This document shows positions 22,150 to 35,158 of a DNA stretch of 64,000 bases, piece after piece. Under the pieces are notes generated by a model that saw nothing but the letters and a program-made list of their open reading frames with translations, did no database searches and was not told the origin of the DNA. The stretch is from Eledone cirrhosa (lineage: Eukaryota), in the NCBI GenBank assembly GCA_964016885.1, contig OZ024744.1:50406001-50470000 (forward strand), in the 5' to 3' direction. The position numbers were made by a program, and so were the translations under genes. Every line of letters starts with the position of its first letter. Position 1 is the first letter of the stretch.

Positions 22150-22322
22150 TGTTATAGAGTTACGGCCCTTTATGATCTGAGTTCAAATCCCGCTACGGTT
22201 AACTTTCCCTTTCATCCTTGCGGCGTCTATAAAATAAAGTACCAGTCACGTACTGAGGTTGATTTAATCGACTTTCCCCTCCCCCAAAATTGCTGGCCTT
22301 GTGCCTATATAAGAAACTATAT
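22150..22322 (+). mobile_element. MetaSINE-like tRNA SINE, older copy
   Basis: CTGAGTTCAAATCCC..CTTTCATCCTT..AAAATAAAGTACCAG..GCTGGCCTTGTGCCT. Confidence 0.85.
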
Positions 22323-22399
22323 TTATCGAGAGTAAAAGTTATTGCCCCTGTCAACCTATAGTAGAGTTGCCTCCCTTTCCGATTTCAATAATAGAAATT

Positions 22400-24965
22400 G
22401 TTTCAGAATTGCTATGGGAATTGCTTCAGTAGAACTCTATTCACATGTAGAGTGCACTGCACAGGCTTCCTTGAGAGGACGAGTGTCTCAGTTTTTGCAG
22501 CACCGGTTTTCATTCTAGCCATGCAGACCTCAACATCAAATCTATCAAGTGCAAGACAGAAATCACCTTCTGTCCAGTTAAGTAACACCATCTAGTTTGT
22601 AAATTCCAGTCAACTGATTTTACACCTGCCAGTCGTGATACCACTTCCAACCTAGCTGCGCATATCAATCCTGTTCATGTAAATAATGAACAGAAGAGGT
22701 GACAGTACACACCCTTGGCAGAGTCCGATTCCGACATTGGATGGTTTCAATTTAGCACCATTTATCCGAACACATATACATGAGCATTTGTATAGAGACA
22801 TCAAAGCAGCAAGAGGCTGACCATCAATCCCATACTCCTGCAGAACCTTCCACAGCCAGTCCCAAGGAATGCGGTCATAGGCCTTTTTGAGGTCTACAAA
22901 ACAAGAATATACCTCTTGGCAATACTCCCACGGTTTCTTAAAGACACAGTGAATATTTGGTTGGCTGTGCTGCATCCAGGGCAAAAACCACTGTTCACCA
23001 GTTAGCTTGGACTCGACAATCTCCCTGCATCTCTTTGCCAGACACTTCGCATATATTTTACCAGAGAAGCTTAACAAGGAGATCCCTCTGAAATTGGAAC
23101 AATTCCCCATTGCCATTCCTTAGGTGTCTTTCCAGAGATCCAGACCACCTGATACACACGAGTCAGCCAGAGAATACCTTCTCTATTTAAGGCTTTTAAC
23201 AGCTTAGGCCAGATTTCATCTTCCCCAGTGGCCTTGCCATATTTGAGCTCTTTAATTGCTCTTGTGACCTCAGCCTCTGAGAGAGAAGTCACCACTCCCA
23301 GGTGCACCGCATGTACATCAGAAGATACTGTTGTGCTCAGCAAAGTATTCTCTCCCCCTTGTGAGGATGCACCTCTCTGAAGAGAGGAGAACACTAGATG
23401 CATTCCTGATAGCAGGTGTGGCAGAGGACTTCTTATTACAAAGTTGGAGGATAGTCTGCTAGAATAATTTATTTGCTGATCTGAAGTCGGATTACAGCTT
23501 AAACCCCAAATCCTCCCATGTCTTAACTTTGGACACTTTTGCTGTCTCTGCTGCAATTTTTTTGTACCTGCTTGTACTGCAAGTGCAAGAAGGAGGACTT
23601 ATTTCCCAGTTAAGCTTTGTAGGTCTCCTTTGGATGGCATCTTTGACTTCTTAATCAAACCAAGGGTTCCTCGTGCCATCTGGCATCACACAAAGCCTCT
23701 TTTGCCAGCAGCATTTAACAACTGAAGCAGAAACTGCTGAGCTGAACAATCTCCACTCTGTCTCAATATCCTCAGTTTGTTCAGGGAGTTCTCTGAATTT
23801 GGATGCAATAGTATCTGCATATCTGGTCCTGACCTCCTTATCCACCAATGCTTCCCACTTTATCATTTAGGGCGTCATGGACCTGTCAATCTTCTTGGGA
23901 GAGCTGCTCTGATAAAGAACAGGTCACAGGTGGTGGATAGCGATACAGCCACCAAATATGATGGTTAGTTGTAATATAAGCAAGCTGCTGCCAAATGAAA
24001 AAGCAATCCTGGACTAACAGCAGTAATCTACTATTGGAGATGGAGAAATGAGTGACACCTGTGGCTCCCAAGAAAACTCTCACAACCCAGTGATGACGCT
24101 ATGACGAAGCTAGTAACGGCTACCTAAAAAAAGCCCAGTCTTTGCAGGTTTGGCAAAGTACCAGATTGGTGACTGACGTGAATGAAACCACAGAAACTGC
24201 AATATAGTGAGAGGAACAAAAAAGAACCATACCACATCATCCTTAACAAATATGCTGCAGTCTCCATTTCATGCTGCAAAAACTAGAGATATGCCTACGA
24301 CATGTCCTGGGAGATATGGGATGGATGCACAAGAATTGCTTACCCCGAGACCCCAAAGGGGGTCCGGAAGGAAGCAAACCTTGACAAATGGAACCTAGAA
24401 CATCATAACCCATACAGGTAAGAAGCAGGAACTAGTGGAGGAGGCTAGATCCTTCCAGCTAGATAGTCAGGGTTTCCTTAACAAGGTTCCATGGCACTGA
24501 TACTGTAGATTTGATGGAGGATGGAAACTCCACTATTCAGGTGTGACACCAGAAATGATTGCACAGGCAGGAGTGGGGATACTTACAAATTTCTAGCTGT
24601 CACAATGTGTTATGGATTGGATCCCTTTAGTAGGGAACATTTGCCTCTTGAAGCTTAGACTGAAAAATAGGTCTCTGTGGCTGGTACAAGTTTATGCACC
24701 AAACAAGGAGTCCGAATACAGATCCTTCCTTGATGATGTCACTGCAGTGTTAAATGTAATTAAGATTCATATACCCTGATGGGAGACTTCATGTTGGCAC
24801 TGACGACCTGACATGGAAGGAATGGTGACCTCGATCTAAATACAAATGGAGAGGCTTTATTAGACTTCTGTTCTAGCAATGGACTCTCTATTATGAAAAC
24901 CTTCCAGCACAGAGACATCCATAAATATACATGGTATAAGGGGATTCTGGGACAGAGATCAATAA
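22400..24965. mobile_element. Expander/Rex3-like RTE LINE: RT part on minus strand, endonuclease part inverted
   Basis: Minus 22400-23870: GKATGEDEI, RGISLLS..GKIYAK, LCQGCVLSPLLF. Plus 24380-24965: ELVEEA, VQVYAPNKESEY, YTWY, GQRSII. Confidence 0.8.
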
Positions 24966-25639
24966 TTGTGTGTGTATAAGTGTTGATGTGTGTGTCTATC
25001 TATATATACGTTTTTACATGTTTGTTTGTTAATAATTTTTTTTGTGGTATATGTAATGTATCTAAGAGTGTGTGTGAGTATTTCCATGTGGTGCAGCAAC
25101 GTTGTATCCATGTCGGTGTACATGTAGATAAAGAAGTGTACTGGATGCAGTGGGGGGAGTAGATTCTGGGTGTATTTAGACCATTGGGGGTAGATATATT
25201 TAGAAAACTAAACTTCATTACCCACTGACAGCACATGTCTGGGAGTCCAACATGCAGGAGGTGAGCCCAAACACAATATGCTGACATGTGGAATGACCAG
25301 CAGTGTAGAAATACACACACATATTGCGTGTTTGTTTTCTTATATATCAACCTGTTCAAACATGTTCACTAAAATAAAATTACGAGGAAGAATTGAAAAT
25401 CCTGAATCAAAGTCTGTGTGACCTAGGAATTGATATGAGCAACAATGCATTGTTTCATGTACATGTCACCAATGTGATATTAACAGACCTGATAAGACCT
25501 GTGGCTGGAGCAAAGGTCCAAATAGACAGAGGGTGCCTTTGTAGAACAGTACCATGGATAGAGTTGTTAGAGCCAAGAGACAGGCATGAAAAAACTAGAA
25601 AAATAGAGGCAGTAAAGATAAGTACCATGTAGTTAAAAG

Positions 25640-28060
25640 AGAAGAGTCAAAACAACAGGTATTCATGGAGAAGCAGAAAACAGGTGGTGAGGATCAGAGA
25701 CAGGAGATGTTCTGCATCACAACACTGTCTGCCAATGGAAGCCAAGATGCTGTTGTGGAAAAGTGTGTCTGAAAGTGTAGTGACCTACATTCCGAGGGCT
25801 CATGGATACATTCTCCATGCGCTGTTTGGCTCAGTTCAGCCAATCGCCGCCAGCGTAGGAGAATGTGTCTCGACTTCTGCCCAGAGGGAAAAATTCCCGC
25901 GGCAATTCATAAATGTCTCTCTTGCTGCTTTAGACTCTGAAATGTGAACACACAATAATGTAACGGTGAGACTTTCACTTTGGCTTGTCGGCTGCCTTTG
26001 GCCTGGCACAATGCCACATTCTCTTCTCAACTCTTAACAATGTTTGTTCTTTACCTTGACATGTCAACTCAACTTAACTCTTTGTAATTAGTTGTAAATA
26101 AAACATGTAAAAAATGTTAACAAAGACTTTGCGACTAATTCAACAAACATTTACTTTGTGGCTAACTTGGTCTCTCTCTCACTATAACAAATAACAATAA
26201 TAACAAATATATACTTTCTTATTAATATTATGCCATGTAGGCATAATATTATTTTTCTGCTAAAGTGTGTCTGAAAGGATACTGGTGCACTTAGCATCAC
26301 TGACACCCCCTCTCTCCAAAAGGCCTGGAAATGCTATTATAACAGGTTGATGTGGAGAATGAATGGGAGTAAGAGTGACTACCCTCAACTGACCCAACAG
26401 AGGGGCCAGCCATTGAAATTTACAGCCCTAGGGTCAAGTAAGCAGTCAGACAGGTGAAAAATGGTAAAGCTGCTGACTGTCAGAGATAGCTACTAGGATG
26501 CTGAAAATATCTGTCAAAGTAGGAGTTGAGATAGTCACCCATATAATCATTCAAGTAATACATGATGGGGTCATACCTAATGACTGGCATACCAGTATAC
26601 TCATTAATTGTTACAACATAAAAGTGATGCTAAAGAAAGGAGCAACTACATGGGGCATAAAAGTGGTAGACAAAGTTATGAAAGTGACAGAAAGTGTCTT
26701 AGCACAACTAATTAGGGAAAGAATCAAATTGGATGAGATAGAGTTTTATTTTGTACCAAGGAACACCATAGATGCCCTCTTCTTAGAGAGACAATTTCAA
26801 GAGAATTTCTTAGCTAAGCGTAAGCTGTTGCACCTAGTTTTTATTGATCTGGGGAAGGCCTTTGACAGTGCACCATGATCTTTAATCTGGGGTCTCTAAG
26901 GAAGCTAGATGTAGAAGATTGTCTTGTGGGAGCAATGCAAGCTATATACAGAGGGCTGCCAGTAAAGTGAGAATACGTAATGAGTTTAGTGGGGAATTTT
27001 GCATGTAGGTGGGTGCTCGTCAGAGTTCAGTCATCAGCCCACTCCTATTTATTATAGTTCTACAGGCCACAGCAGAGGAGTTTAAGACTAGCTGTCCATG
27101 GGAACTTCTGTAAGTTGGCAACCGGGTTCTTATAGCCAAGTCTGTGGATGAGGTAGACAAAAATTTCCAGCTTTCAAAATAGAACAGAGTAAAAAGGGAT
27201 TAGAGTAAATTAGTAAGCAGGAAAGAAGACAGGGCCCTGAACCCATCATGGAAATGGCATTGATCGATATGTAAAAAAGAAGTAGGTAGTAACTCTATGC
27301 AATGGTGTAGTGGGATAACAAGCAGATTGAGAGAAAATGTAGACTTTGTATGTAACAGAGGGACAGGGATAGTTGGTAGTAGGAGCATCAGCATAATAAA
27401 CTTCTTCTAATCTCTGGAATGATCCATAGAAGTAGCTGATAGCTTCTGCTTCTTGGTGATCTAATTTGAAGTAGAGGAGGTTACTCTGAGCATAGTAACA
27501 AGAATAACAATAGGAAAGAAAAGAATTCAGGGAGCTACTACTTCTGTTGACAATGAAAGGTTTCTCACTATGAAAGAAAGAATGGCAACATGATGCCTGT
27601 GTGTATTGCCCAATGCTGCATGTCAGTAAGATATGGGCAATGAACACAGAGGATATGAAAAGTCTAGAGAGAAATGAAGCAAGCATGCTCTGGTGGATGT
27701 ATAACATTAATTTGAGTGAACAACAAAGCCTGGTGAACTGAGAGAAAAGCTAGATATAGGAAGAATTAGTTGTAGTGTGCAGGAGAGAAGCCTATGTTGG
27801 TATGGACATGTGATGCACATGAAGGATGATAATCAATGGCTGAAGAAGTGCCAAGAAATCCCAGTGGAAGAAAACTGCAGCAGAAGGAGACTATGAAAGA
27901 CATGGTCTGAGGTTTTGAGAGCTGATCTTCAATCACTGAAGCTCTCAGACATGATGAAGGACTGCAACAAGTGGAGGGATTCTGTGTTAGAAAAACTGGT
28001 CCAATCTATGCAAACATGGAAAAGTAGGTGTAAAACAATGATGATGAAGATGGTGATGAT
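25640..28060 (+). mobile_element. Decayed RTE LINE with a 486-bp insertion
   Basis: LVFIDLGKAFD, WYGHVM, (GAT)n tail; interrupted at 25776-26261. Confidence 0.85.
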
Positions 28061-28458
28061 ATATACACATATATTCTAACCACATTAATAAAATATATTA
28101 ATTACAAAAAGAATTGATAAAATACTGTTTAGCATTGAGGTCAAAATATAATAATAAAACTTTTATAATTTGAACATAACACTTTCATCTTATATATATA
28201 TATGTGTGTGTAAGTAGGCATGTGTATGTTCAAGGTGCTACAGATATGACCTTGCACACAGAATAAATGGAATGTATTTTACGTTATTTGGCACAATGGA
28301 AAGATCTAGGGCATCCATAGTAAAAAGTTAGAGATATATTTAGCTTATTAAGTTAGCTGAATATTTGAATAAATATTAATTTCTACCTTGTATAAGAAAT
28401 TTAATACTAATATCACAAATGATATTATTATTATTATTATTATTATTATTGTTGTTAT

Positions 28459-31008
28459 TCCTTGAATCTCAGTCATTGATGTTGGTTAACTGGAAAGTCC
28501 ATTGGATTGAATATCAAGCCACTACCTGCAGCCTCAGATATTCAGGACGTATCGGAGGGTTCTTGCTGTTCCAAGCAAGCATGCCTTTTGAAGCGTTCCA
28601 AAAAGCGTGAAGGGGCCGATTTTCTTTAACCATCCCTGGAAACTTTTGGAGATAGTCCCCAGTGCGCCTATGACAATCGGGATCACTTTGACTTCATGGC
28701 AGTTCCAGATCCTTTTCACCTCCCACTTTAGGTCCTGGTATCGGTTAATTTTCTCCCTCTCCTTCTCTTGCACTCTCGTGTCGAACGGGCAGGCCACATC
28801 CACAATCAGACACGATCTTTTTTCTTTGTCCACAACCACCAGGTCAGGTCTATTGTGTTCCAGTTTTTTGTCCGTCTGTATCCTAAAATCCCACAGCACC
28901 TTCACCTGATTGTTCTCCATCACCGCCTCTGGCCTATGCTCATACCATTTCTCAGAATGTGGTAAATTGTTTACTTTGCACAGGTGCCAGTGGATCACCC
29001 TGCCCATCACATCGTGTCTCCAGCCCTTATAGTGGGTCTGGGCTAGGTGTTTACACTCGGACACAATGTGAGCCACAGTCTCCTCTCTCTCTCCACAGAT
29101 CCTGCACAGTGGGCTAGCCTCCTCCTTGTAAATGTGATGCTTCAACCACTTCGTTTTGAGGGCCTGCTCCTGCGCAGCCATTAGCATTCCTTCTGTAGCC
29201 TTTTTGAGGTCTCCTCTTCTCAACCAGTTCCATGTCTGTGGATCTCTAAATTCAGTTTTCTCAAAGAAGGTACTATGAAGGGATTTTCCCTTAAGGCTGC
29301 TCTTCCTCCTTGATGTTATTTCCTCCTTGGACATCCCCTGGCCTACTGTCCCCTCCTTCAGTACAGTTCTGAGCATTGGCTCCTTACTATAGGTCACGTA
29401 TTTGTATAGGTTGTTTTTCTCCATCTGAACACAGTCCTCTATGCTGATAAGACCTCTTCCACCCTCAGATCTCCTTAGGTAGAGTCTATCGACATCACTC
29501 CTCTTGTGGAACATGTTGTAGATAGTCAATAGCTTCCTAGTCTTCCTATCCATTTCTTTTTGTTCAGCAACATTCCATCTCAGAATTCCCGCACTGTACC
29601 TAATAATAGACACAGCTCGGGAATTTACTGCGCTTATGGCATTTCTGCTGTTCAGATGTGACTTCAATACGCTCCTTACTCTCCGAATGTATTCAGTTCT
29701 TAACAATTCCTTCATTTTTTTGTTCTTTATGCCATCAGCCTCCAGAACGCCCAAATACTTGTATCCTTCCTCAGAGTCAATTTCCTTTATCATCTCACCT
29801 GTTGGTATCTGGATCCCGTTACTTCTGCTCAACCTACCCCTCTTCATCACAATGACTCCACATTTACCAATACCAAACTGCATACATATATCACTGCTGA
29901 AAATACGGAGAGTGTCAACAAGCACATCCAACTCCTTCTCACTTTTCCCGAAGAGCTTAAGATCGTCCATGAAGAGGAGGTGATTGATGGTAAGCTCTCC
30001 CCTTCCCAACTTGTATCCTGCTCTCACTTTTCGCAGCATAATGGTCAAGGGCATCAGGGCAAGGACAAACAACAGAGGGGACAGGCTATCTCCCTGGAAG
30101 ATACCTCTCTTGATCTTCACGCTTCCCAAGGATACTCCAGTTGATGTCAACTCTGTCTCCCAGGACCCCATACTCCTGCCTAGCAACTGTCTGATGTTAT
30201 CTGCCACCTTGAAGATCTCCAGGCTTTTGGTGATCCAGGAATGGGGCACCATGTCAAATGCCTTTCTGTAGTCTATCCATCCCATGGCAAGATCAGTGTG
30301 TCTCCTCCTGCAATTCCCCATTACCATCTTATCAATAAGCAACTGGTCCTTTGTACCACGTGACTTCTTTCGGCATCCTTTCTGTTCGTCCGGTAACAAG
30401 TTGTTTGTGTGGAGGTGATGGTAGATTTCCTCAGACACAATGCTCGTCAACAGTTTCCACATTACGGACAGACATGTGATAGGTCTATAGTTGGTAACAT
30501 CATTACCCTTGATTCGGTCTTTCATTATCAGAACTGTGGTACCTTTTGTCAACCACTCTGGCACCTCACCCGACACCAAGCAGTCATTGAACATGGCCGT
30601 CAGCTTCGGGTGGAGGGATGTTAAATGTTTAATCCAATACCCCTGCACACCATCTGGGCCTGGTGATTTCCAGTTGGTTAGTTTTTTGGCCTGCCCCTTA
30701 AGAGTTTCAACTGTGATACTCAACTCAGTTTGTTGTTGTGCCTGCTCACCGATCTCCCTCTGTACTGTCTCAATCCACCCTGCCTGGGCATTGTGTCTAA
30801 CATCCTGCTCCCATATTCCTCTCCAGAATGTTTTAGTTTGCTCCGCCCCAGGGATCAAGTCGTTGCCTCTTTCTTTCCCCTCAAGCTGTCCAAACAGCAT
30901 CTTCTGGTTGTTGTCGAACATGCGATTCTGTTTATACTGACTGACTCTGTTCTCGTATCGCCTGATTTTTGCACTCTTTGCTACAATGCGTTGCTTCAGT
31001 TCCTCTAT
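28459..31008 (-). mobile_element. R4/Dong-clade non-LTR retrotransposon (copy A1), 5'-truncated
   Basis: Uninterrupted 795-aa frame; short 3' UTR; flanked by (TAA)n on both sides. Confidence 0.95.
28534..30921 (-). CDS. RT + CCHC + restriction-like endonuclease (R4/Dong)
   Basis: [70 protein letters not shown]. Confidence 0.95.
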   Translation of the reverse strand: MFDNNQKMLFGQLEGKERGNDLIPGAEQTKTFWRGIWEQDVRHNAQAGWIETVQREIGEQAQQQTELSITVETLKGQAKKLTNWKSPGPDGVQGYWIKHLTSLHPKLTAMFNDCLVSGEVPEWLTKGTTVLIMKDRIKGNDVTNYRPITCLSVMWKLLTSIVSEEIYHHLHTNNLLPDEQKGCRKKSRGTKDQLLIDKMVMGNCRRRHTDLAMGWIDYRKAFDMVPHSWITKSLEIFKVADNIRQLLGRSMGSWETELTSTGVSLGSVKIKRGIFQGDSLSPLLFVLALMPLTIMLRKVRAGYKLGRGELTINHLLFMDDLKLFGKSEKELDVLVDTLRIFSSDICMQFGIGKCGVIVMKRGRLSRSNGIQIPTGEMIKEIDSEEGYKYLGVLEADGIKNKKMKELLRTEYIRRVRSVLKSHLNSRNAISAVNSRAVSIIRYSAGILRWNVAEQKEMDRKTRKLLTIYNMFHKRSDVDRLYLRRSEGGRGLISIEDCVQMEKNNLYKYVTYSKEPMLRTVLKEGTVGQGMSKEEITSRRKSSLKGKSLHSTFFEKTEFRDPQTWNWLRRGDLKKATEGMLMAAQEQALKTKWLKHHIYKEEASPLCRICGEREETVAHIVSECKHLAQTHYKGWRHDVMGRVIHWHLCKVNNLPHSEKWYEHRPEAVMENNQVKVLWDFRIQTDKKLEHNRPDLVVVDKEKRSCLIVDVACPFDTRVQEKEREKINRYQDLKWEVKRIWNCHEVKVIPIVIGALGTISKSFQGWLKKIGPFTLFGTLQKACLLGTARTLRYVLNI

Positions 31009-31010
31009 GA

Positions 31011-31056
<46 letters not shown>

Positions 31057-31068
31057 GTTGTTGTTCTT

Positions 31069-33440
31069 TGAGTCTCAGTCATTGATGTTAGTTAACTGGA
31101 AAGTTTGTTGAAATGAATATCAAGCCACTACCTGCAGCCTCAGATATTCAGGACGTATCAGAGGGTTCTTGCTGTTCCCAGCAAGCATGCCTTTTGAAGC
31201 GTTCCAAAAAGCGTGGCAGGGCCAATTTTCTTTAACCATCCCTGGAAACTTTTTGAGATAGTACCTAGTGCGCCTATGACAATCGGGACCACTTTGACTT
31301 CATGTCAGTTGCAAATCCTTTTTACCTCCCACTTTAAGTCCTGGTATCAGTTAATTTTCTCCCTCTCCTTCTCTTGCACTCTCGTGTCGAATTGGCAGGC
31401 CACATCCACAATCAGGCACAATCTTTTTTCCTTGTCCAAAACCACCAGGTCAGGTCTATTGTGTTCCAGTTTCTTGTCCGTCTGTATCCTAAAATCCCAC
31501 AGCACCTTCACCTGATCGTTTTCTATCACCAACTCTGGCTTATGCTCATACCACTTCTCAGAATGTGGTAAATTGTTTACTTTGCATAGGTGCCAGTGGA
31601 TCACCCTGCCCATCACATCATGTCTCCAGCCCTTATATTGAGTCTGGGCTAGGTGTTTACACTCGGATACAATGTGAGCCACAGTCTCCTCTCTCTCTCC
31701 ACAGATACTGCACAGTGAGCTAGCCTCCTCCTTGTAAATATGGTGTTTCAACCACTTCGTTTTGAGGGCCTGCTCTTGCGCAACCATTAGCATTCCTTCT
31801 GTAGCCTTTTTAAGGTCTCCTCTTTTCAACCAGTTCCATGTCTGTGGATCTCTTAATTCAGTTTTCTCAAAGAAGGTACTATGAAGGGATTTTTCATGAA
31901 GGCTGCTCTTTCTCCTTGTTATTTCCTCCTTGGACATCCCCTGGTCTATTGTCCTCTCCTTCAGTACAATTCTGAGCATTGGCTCCTTACTATCAGTCAC
32001 GTATTTGTGAAGGTTGTTTTTCTCCATCTGAACACAGTCCTCTATGCTGATAAGACCTCTTCCACCTTCAGATCTCCTTAAGTAGAGTCTATCGACATCA
32101 CTCCTCTTGTGGAACATGTTGTAGATAGTCAATAGCTTCCTAGTCTTCCTATCCATTTCTTTTTGTTCAGCAACATTCCATCTCAGAATTCCCGCACTGT
32201 ACTTAATAATAGACACAGCTCGGGAATTTACTGCACTTATGGCATTCCTCCTGTTCAGATGTGACTTTAATACGCTCCTTACTCTCCAAATGTATTCAGA
32301 TCTTATCAATTCCTTCATTTTTTTTTTTTTTGTTCTTGATGTCATCTGCCTCCAGAACACCCAGATACTTGTATCCTTCTTCAGTGTCAATTTCTTTTAT
32401 CATCTAACCTGTTGGTACCTGGATTCCGTTGCTTCTGCTCAATTTACCCCTCTTCATCACAAGGACTCCACACTTACTAATACCAAATTGCATACATATA
32501 TCATTGCTGAAAATATGGACAGTGTCAACAAGCACATCCAGCTCCTTCTCACTCTTCCCGAAGAGCTTAAGATCATCCATGAAGAGGAGGTGATTGATGG
32601 TAAGCTCTCCCTTTCCCAACTTGTATCCTGCTCTCACTTTTTGCAGTATAATGGTCAGGGGCATCAGGGCAAGGACAAACAACAGAGGAGACAGACTATC
32701 TCCCTGGAAGATACCTCTCTTGATCTTCACGCCTCCCAAGGATTCTCCAGCTGATGTTAACTCTGTTTTCCAGGACTTCATACTTTTGCCCAACAACTGT
32801 CTGATGTTATCTGCCACCTTGAAGATCTCTAGGCTTTTGGTGATCCAAGAATGAGGCACCATGTCAAATGCCTTTTTGTAGTCTATCCATCCCATGGCAA
32901 GACCAGTGTGTCTCCTCTTGCAATTCCTTATTACCATCTTATCAATAAGTAACTGGTCCTTTGTACCACGGGACTTCTTTCGGCATCCTTTCTGTTCGTC
33001 AGGTAACAAGTTGTTTGTGTGGAGGTGATGGTAGATTTCCTCAGACATAATTGTTTCTACATTTGGCACAAGGCCATCAATTACCCAGTGCATTACTGGT
33101 ACTTTATTTTATCGACCCCGTAAGGATGAAAGGCAAAGTTAATCAGACATAATGCTTGTCAACAGTTTCCACATTACGGACAGACATGTGATAGGTATAT
33201 AGTTGGTAACATCATTACCCTTGATTCGGTCTTTCATTACCAGAACTGTTGTACCTTTTGTCAATCACTCTGGTACCTCACCTGACATCAAGCAGTCATT
33301 GAACATGGTTGTCAGTTTCAGGTGGAGGGATATTATATTTTTAATCCAATACCCCTGCACACCATCTGGGCCTGGTGATTTCCAGTTGGTTAGTTTTTTG
33401 GCCTGCCCCTTAAGAGTTTCAACTGTGATACTCAACTCAG
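31069..33440 (-). mobile_element. R4/Dong copy A2, frameshifted
   Basis: Closely similar to A1 including the 3' UTR; (TAA)n at both ends; SINE insertion. Confidence 0.95.
33052..33142 (-). mobile_element. Truncated MetaSINE-like SINE inside copy A2
   Basis: TSD TCAGACATAAT (33041-33051, 33143-33153). Confidence 0.9.
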
Positions 33441-33459
33441 TATTATTATTATTATTATT

Positions 33460-35117
33460 ACAGTTGCATTTATCTTGCTTTATGTTCATACGAGTTATCA
33501 CCAAGTCACAACCAGTGACCTCAAGAGACAACAAGGTCCGCCATGTTCAAGAAAGAACATACATACTCACACATGTATTTAGTGTTTAGACTTGTGATGT
33601 ACTTATATTGACAGAATCTTCCTTAGTATATGGGCAGTTCCCATTAGTACTATCTTTTGTATTTCTCCTATACGCGGGTTTCCTGGGATTTGCGATAAGT
33701 AATCATTAGACCCCTTAGGTATCATTCCCAGAGCGCCTACAACCACTGGTATTGTTTTAGTTCTCAATTTCCACATTTTTCCAATTTCTATCTCCAGGTC
33801 CTTATACTTGCTCAATTTTTCAAATGTTTTTATAGATACATTCTTGTCTATTGGAACAGACATATCAATTAGCAGGCATACCCTCTTTTGAAAGTCCTTC
33901 AATATTATATCAGGTCTATTTGCATCTATTTTTCGGTCTGTTTGGATGCTAAAGTTCCACAAGATTGAGATGTGATCTTTTTCAAGTATGGGAGGTGGTT
34001 GATGCTCCCACCAATTCTTTTGATGGGGCAGGTCAAAATGCTTACACATTATCCAATGTATGTATTGTGCAGCTCTGTCATGCCTGTTTAGGTATTCGGT
34101 TGGAGCTATAGGACTGCACATTGAAATTATATGGTCAATGGTCTCTGGTTGTTTTTTGCATACACGGCATAATGGGCTGCATCCATTTTTTATGTTGGCT
34201 TGGTAATTTTTTGTTGGCAGACACTGATCTTGTGCTGATATAATCAGTCCTTCAGTCTCCGATTTCAGTCCAGAGGATGCCAACCACTGATGGGTTAAAG
34301 TTTTGTCAACATCAGGATTGTTAGCTCGCTCTGGGTATTTTCCATACAGAGGCTTTTCTTGCCATTTCTTAGCCAGTTTCTGTAGCAGTTCTTTCTTTGC
34401 AGTTACTTTTACCTGCTTTGCTTTTTCTGTGTTTTCCATTTCAGCAGTAAATGGGACTTCTGAAATTTGTAGTCCATTACTGTATCTTTGTGCATCTTTT
34501 GTAATGGAATATGATCTTTTGATGCTTTCGTGTTTCAAAACGAGTTTGATCATCCAATCATGTGATTCCCTTAGATATGTAGATAATCCAATTGTTGCAG
34601 TTTTCAACGCAATGTCTAACTGGATTAACCCACGTCCTCCTTCTTTCCTAGGGAGATATATTCTATCTATATCTGCCTTAGGGTGATGCATTCTGTGCAT
34701 GGTTAAGAATTTTCGAATTTTTGTATCGAGCCTACGGATCTCTGTGCTTGACCAGTTGATGACATTGTAACTGTAGGTTACTACTGGTATGGCAAGCCTG
34801 TTTATGGCATCAATCCTATTCCTTGCATTCAATTCCATTCTTAAGATTGCTCTTACTCTGCGGTAACATTCCTTCCTTATCCTTTCCCTCATTGTCGAGT
34901 GCTTGATTCCGTCTCCTTCACAAACACCTAGATATTTGTAAGTTTTTTCTTGATCAAGTTCTCTTATCACGTTCCCCCGATCAAGATTAATGTCTGAACT
35001 CTTCAGCAGCTTTCCTCTGGTGAACGTTGCTTTGGCGCATTTATCTAGTCCAAACTCCATTTTAATGTCATCACTGAACTGCTCCACAGTGGATAATAGC
35101 CCTTGCAATTGTTCATC
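33460..35117 (-). mobile_element. R4/Dong family B, 5'-truncated
   Basis: 501-aa ORF 33603-35108: YKYLG, CRVCKKQPETIDHIISMC, NRPDII, IQKIVLMGTAHILRKILSI; (TAA)n flanks. Confidence 0.95.
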
Positions 35118-35158
35118 ATTTATTATTATTATTATTATTATTATGAAGGCGGTGGATT

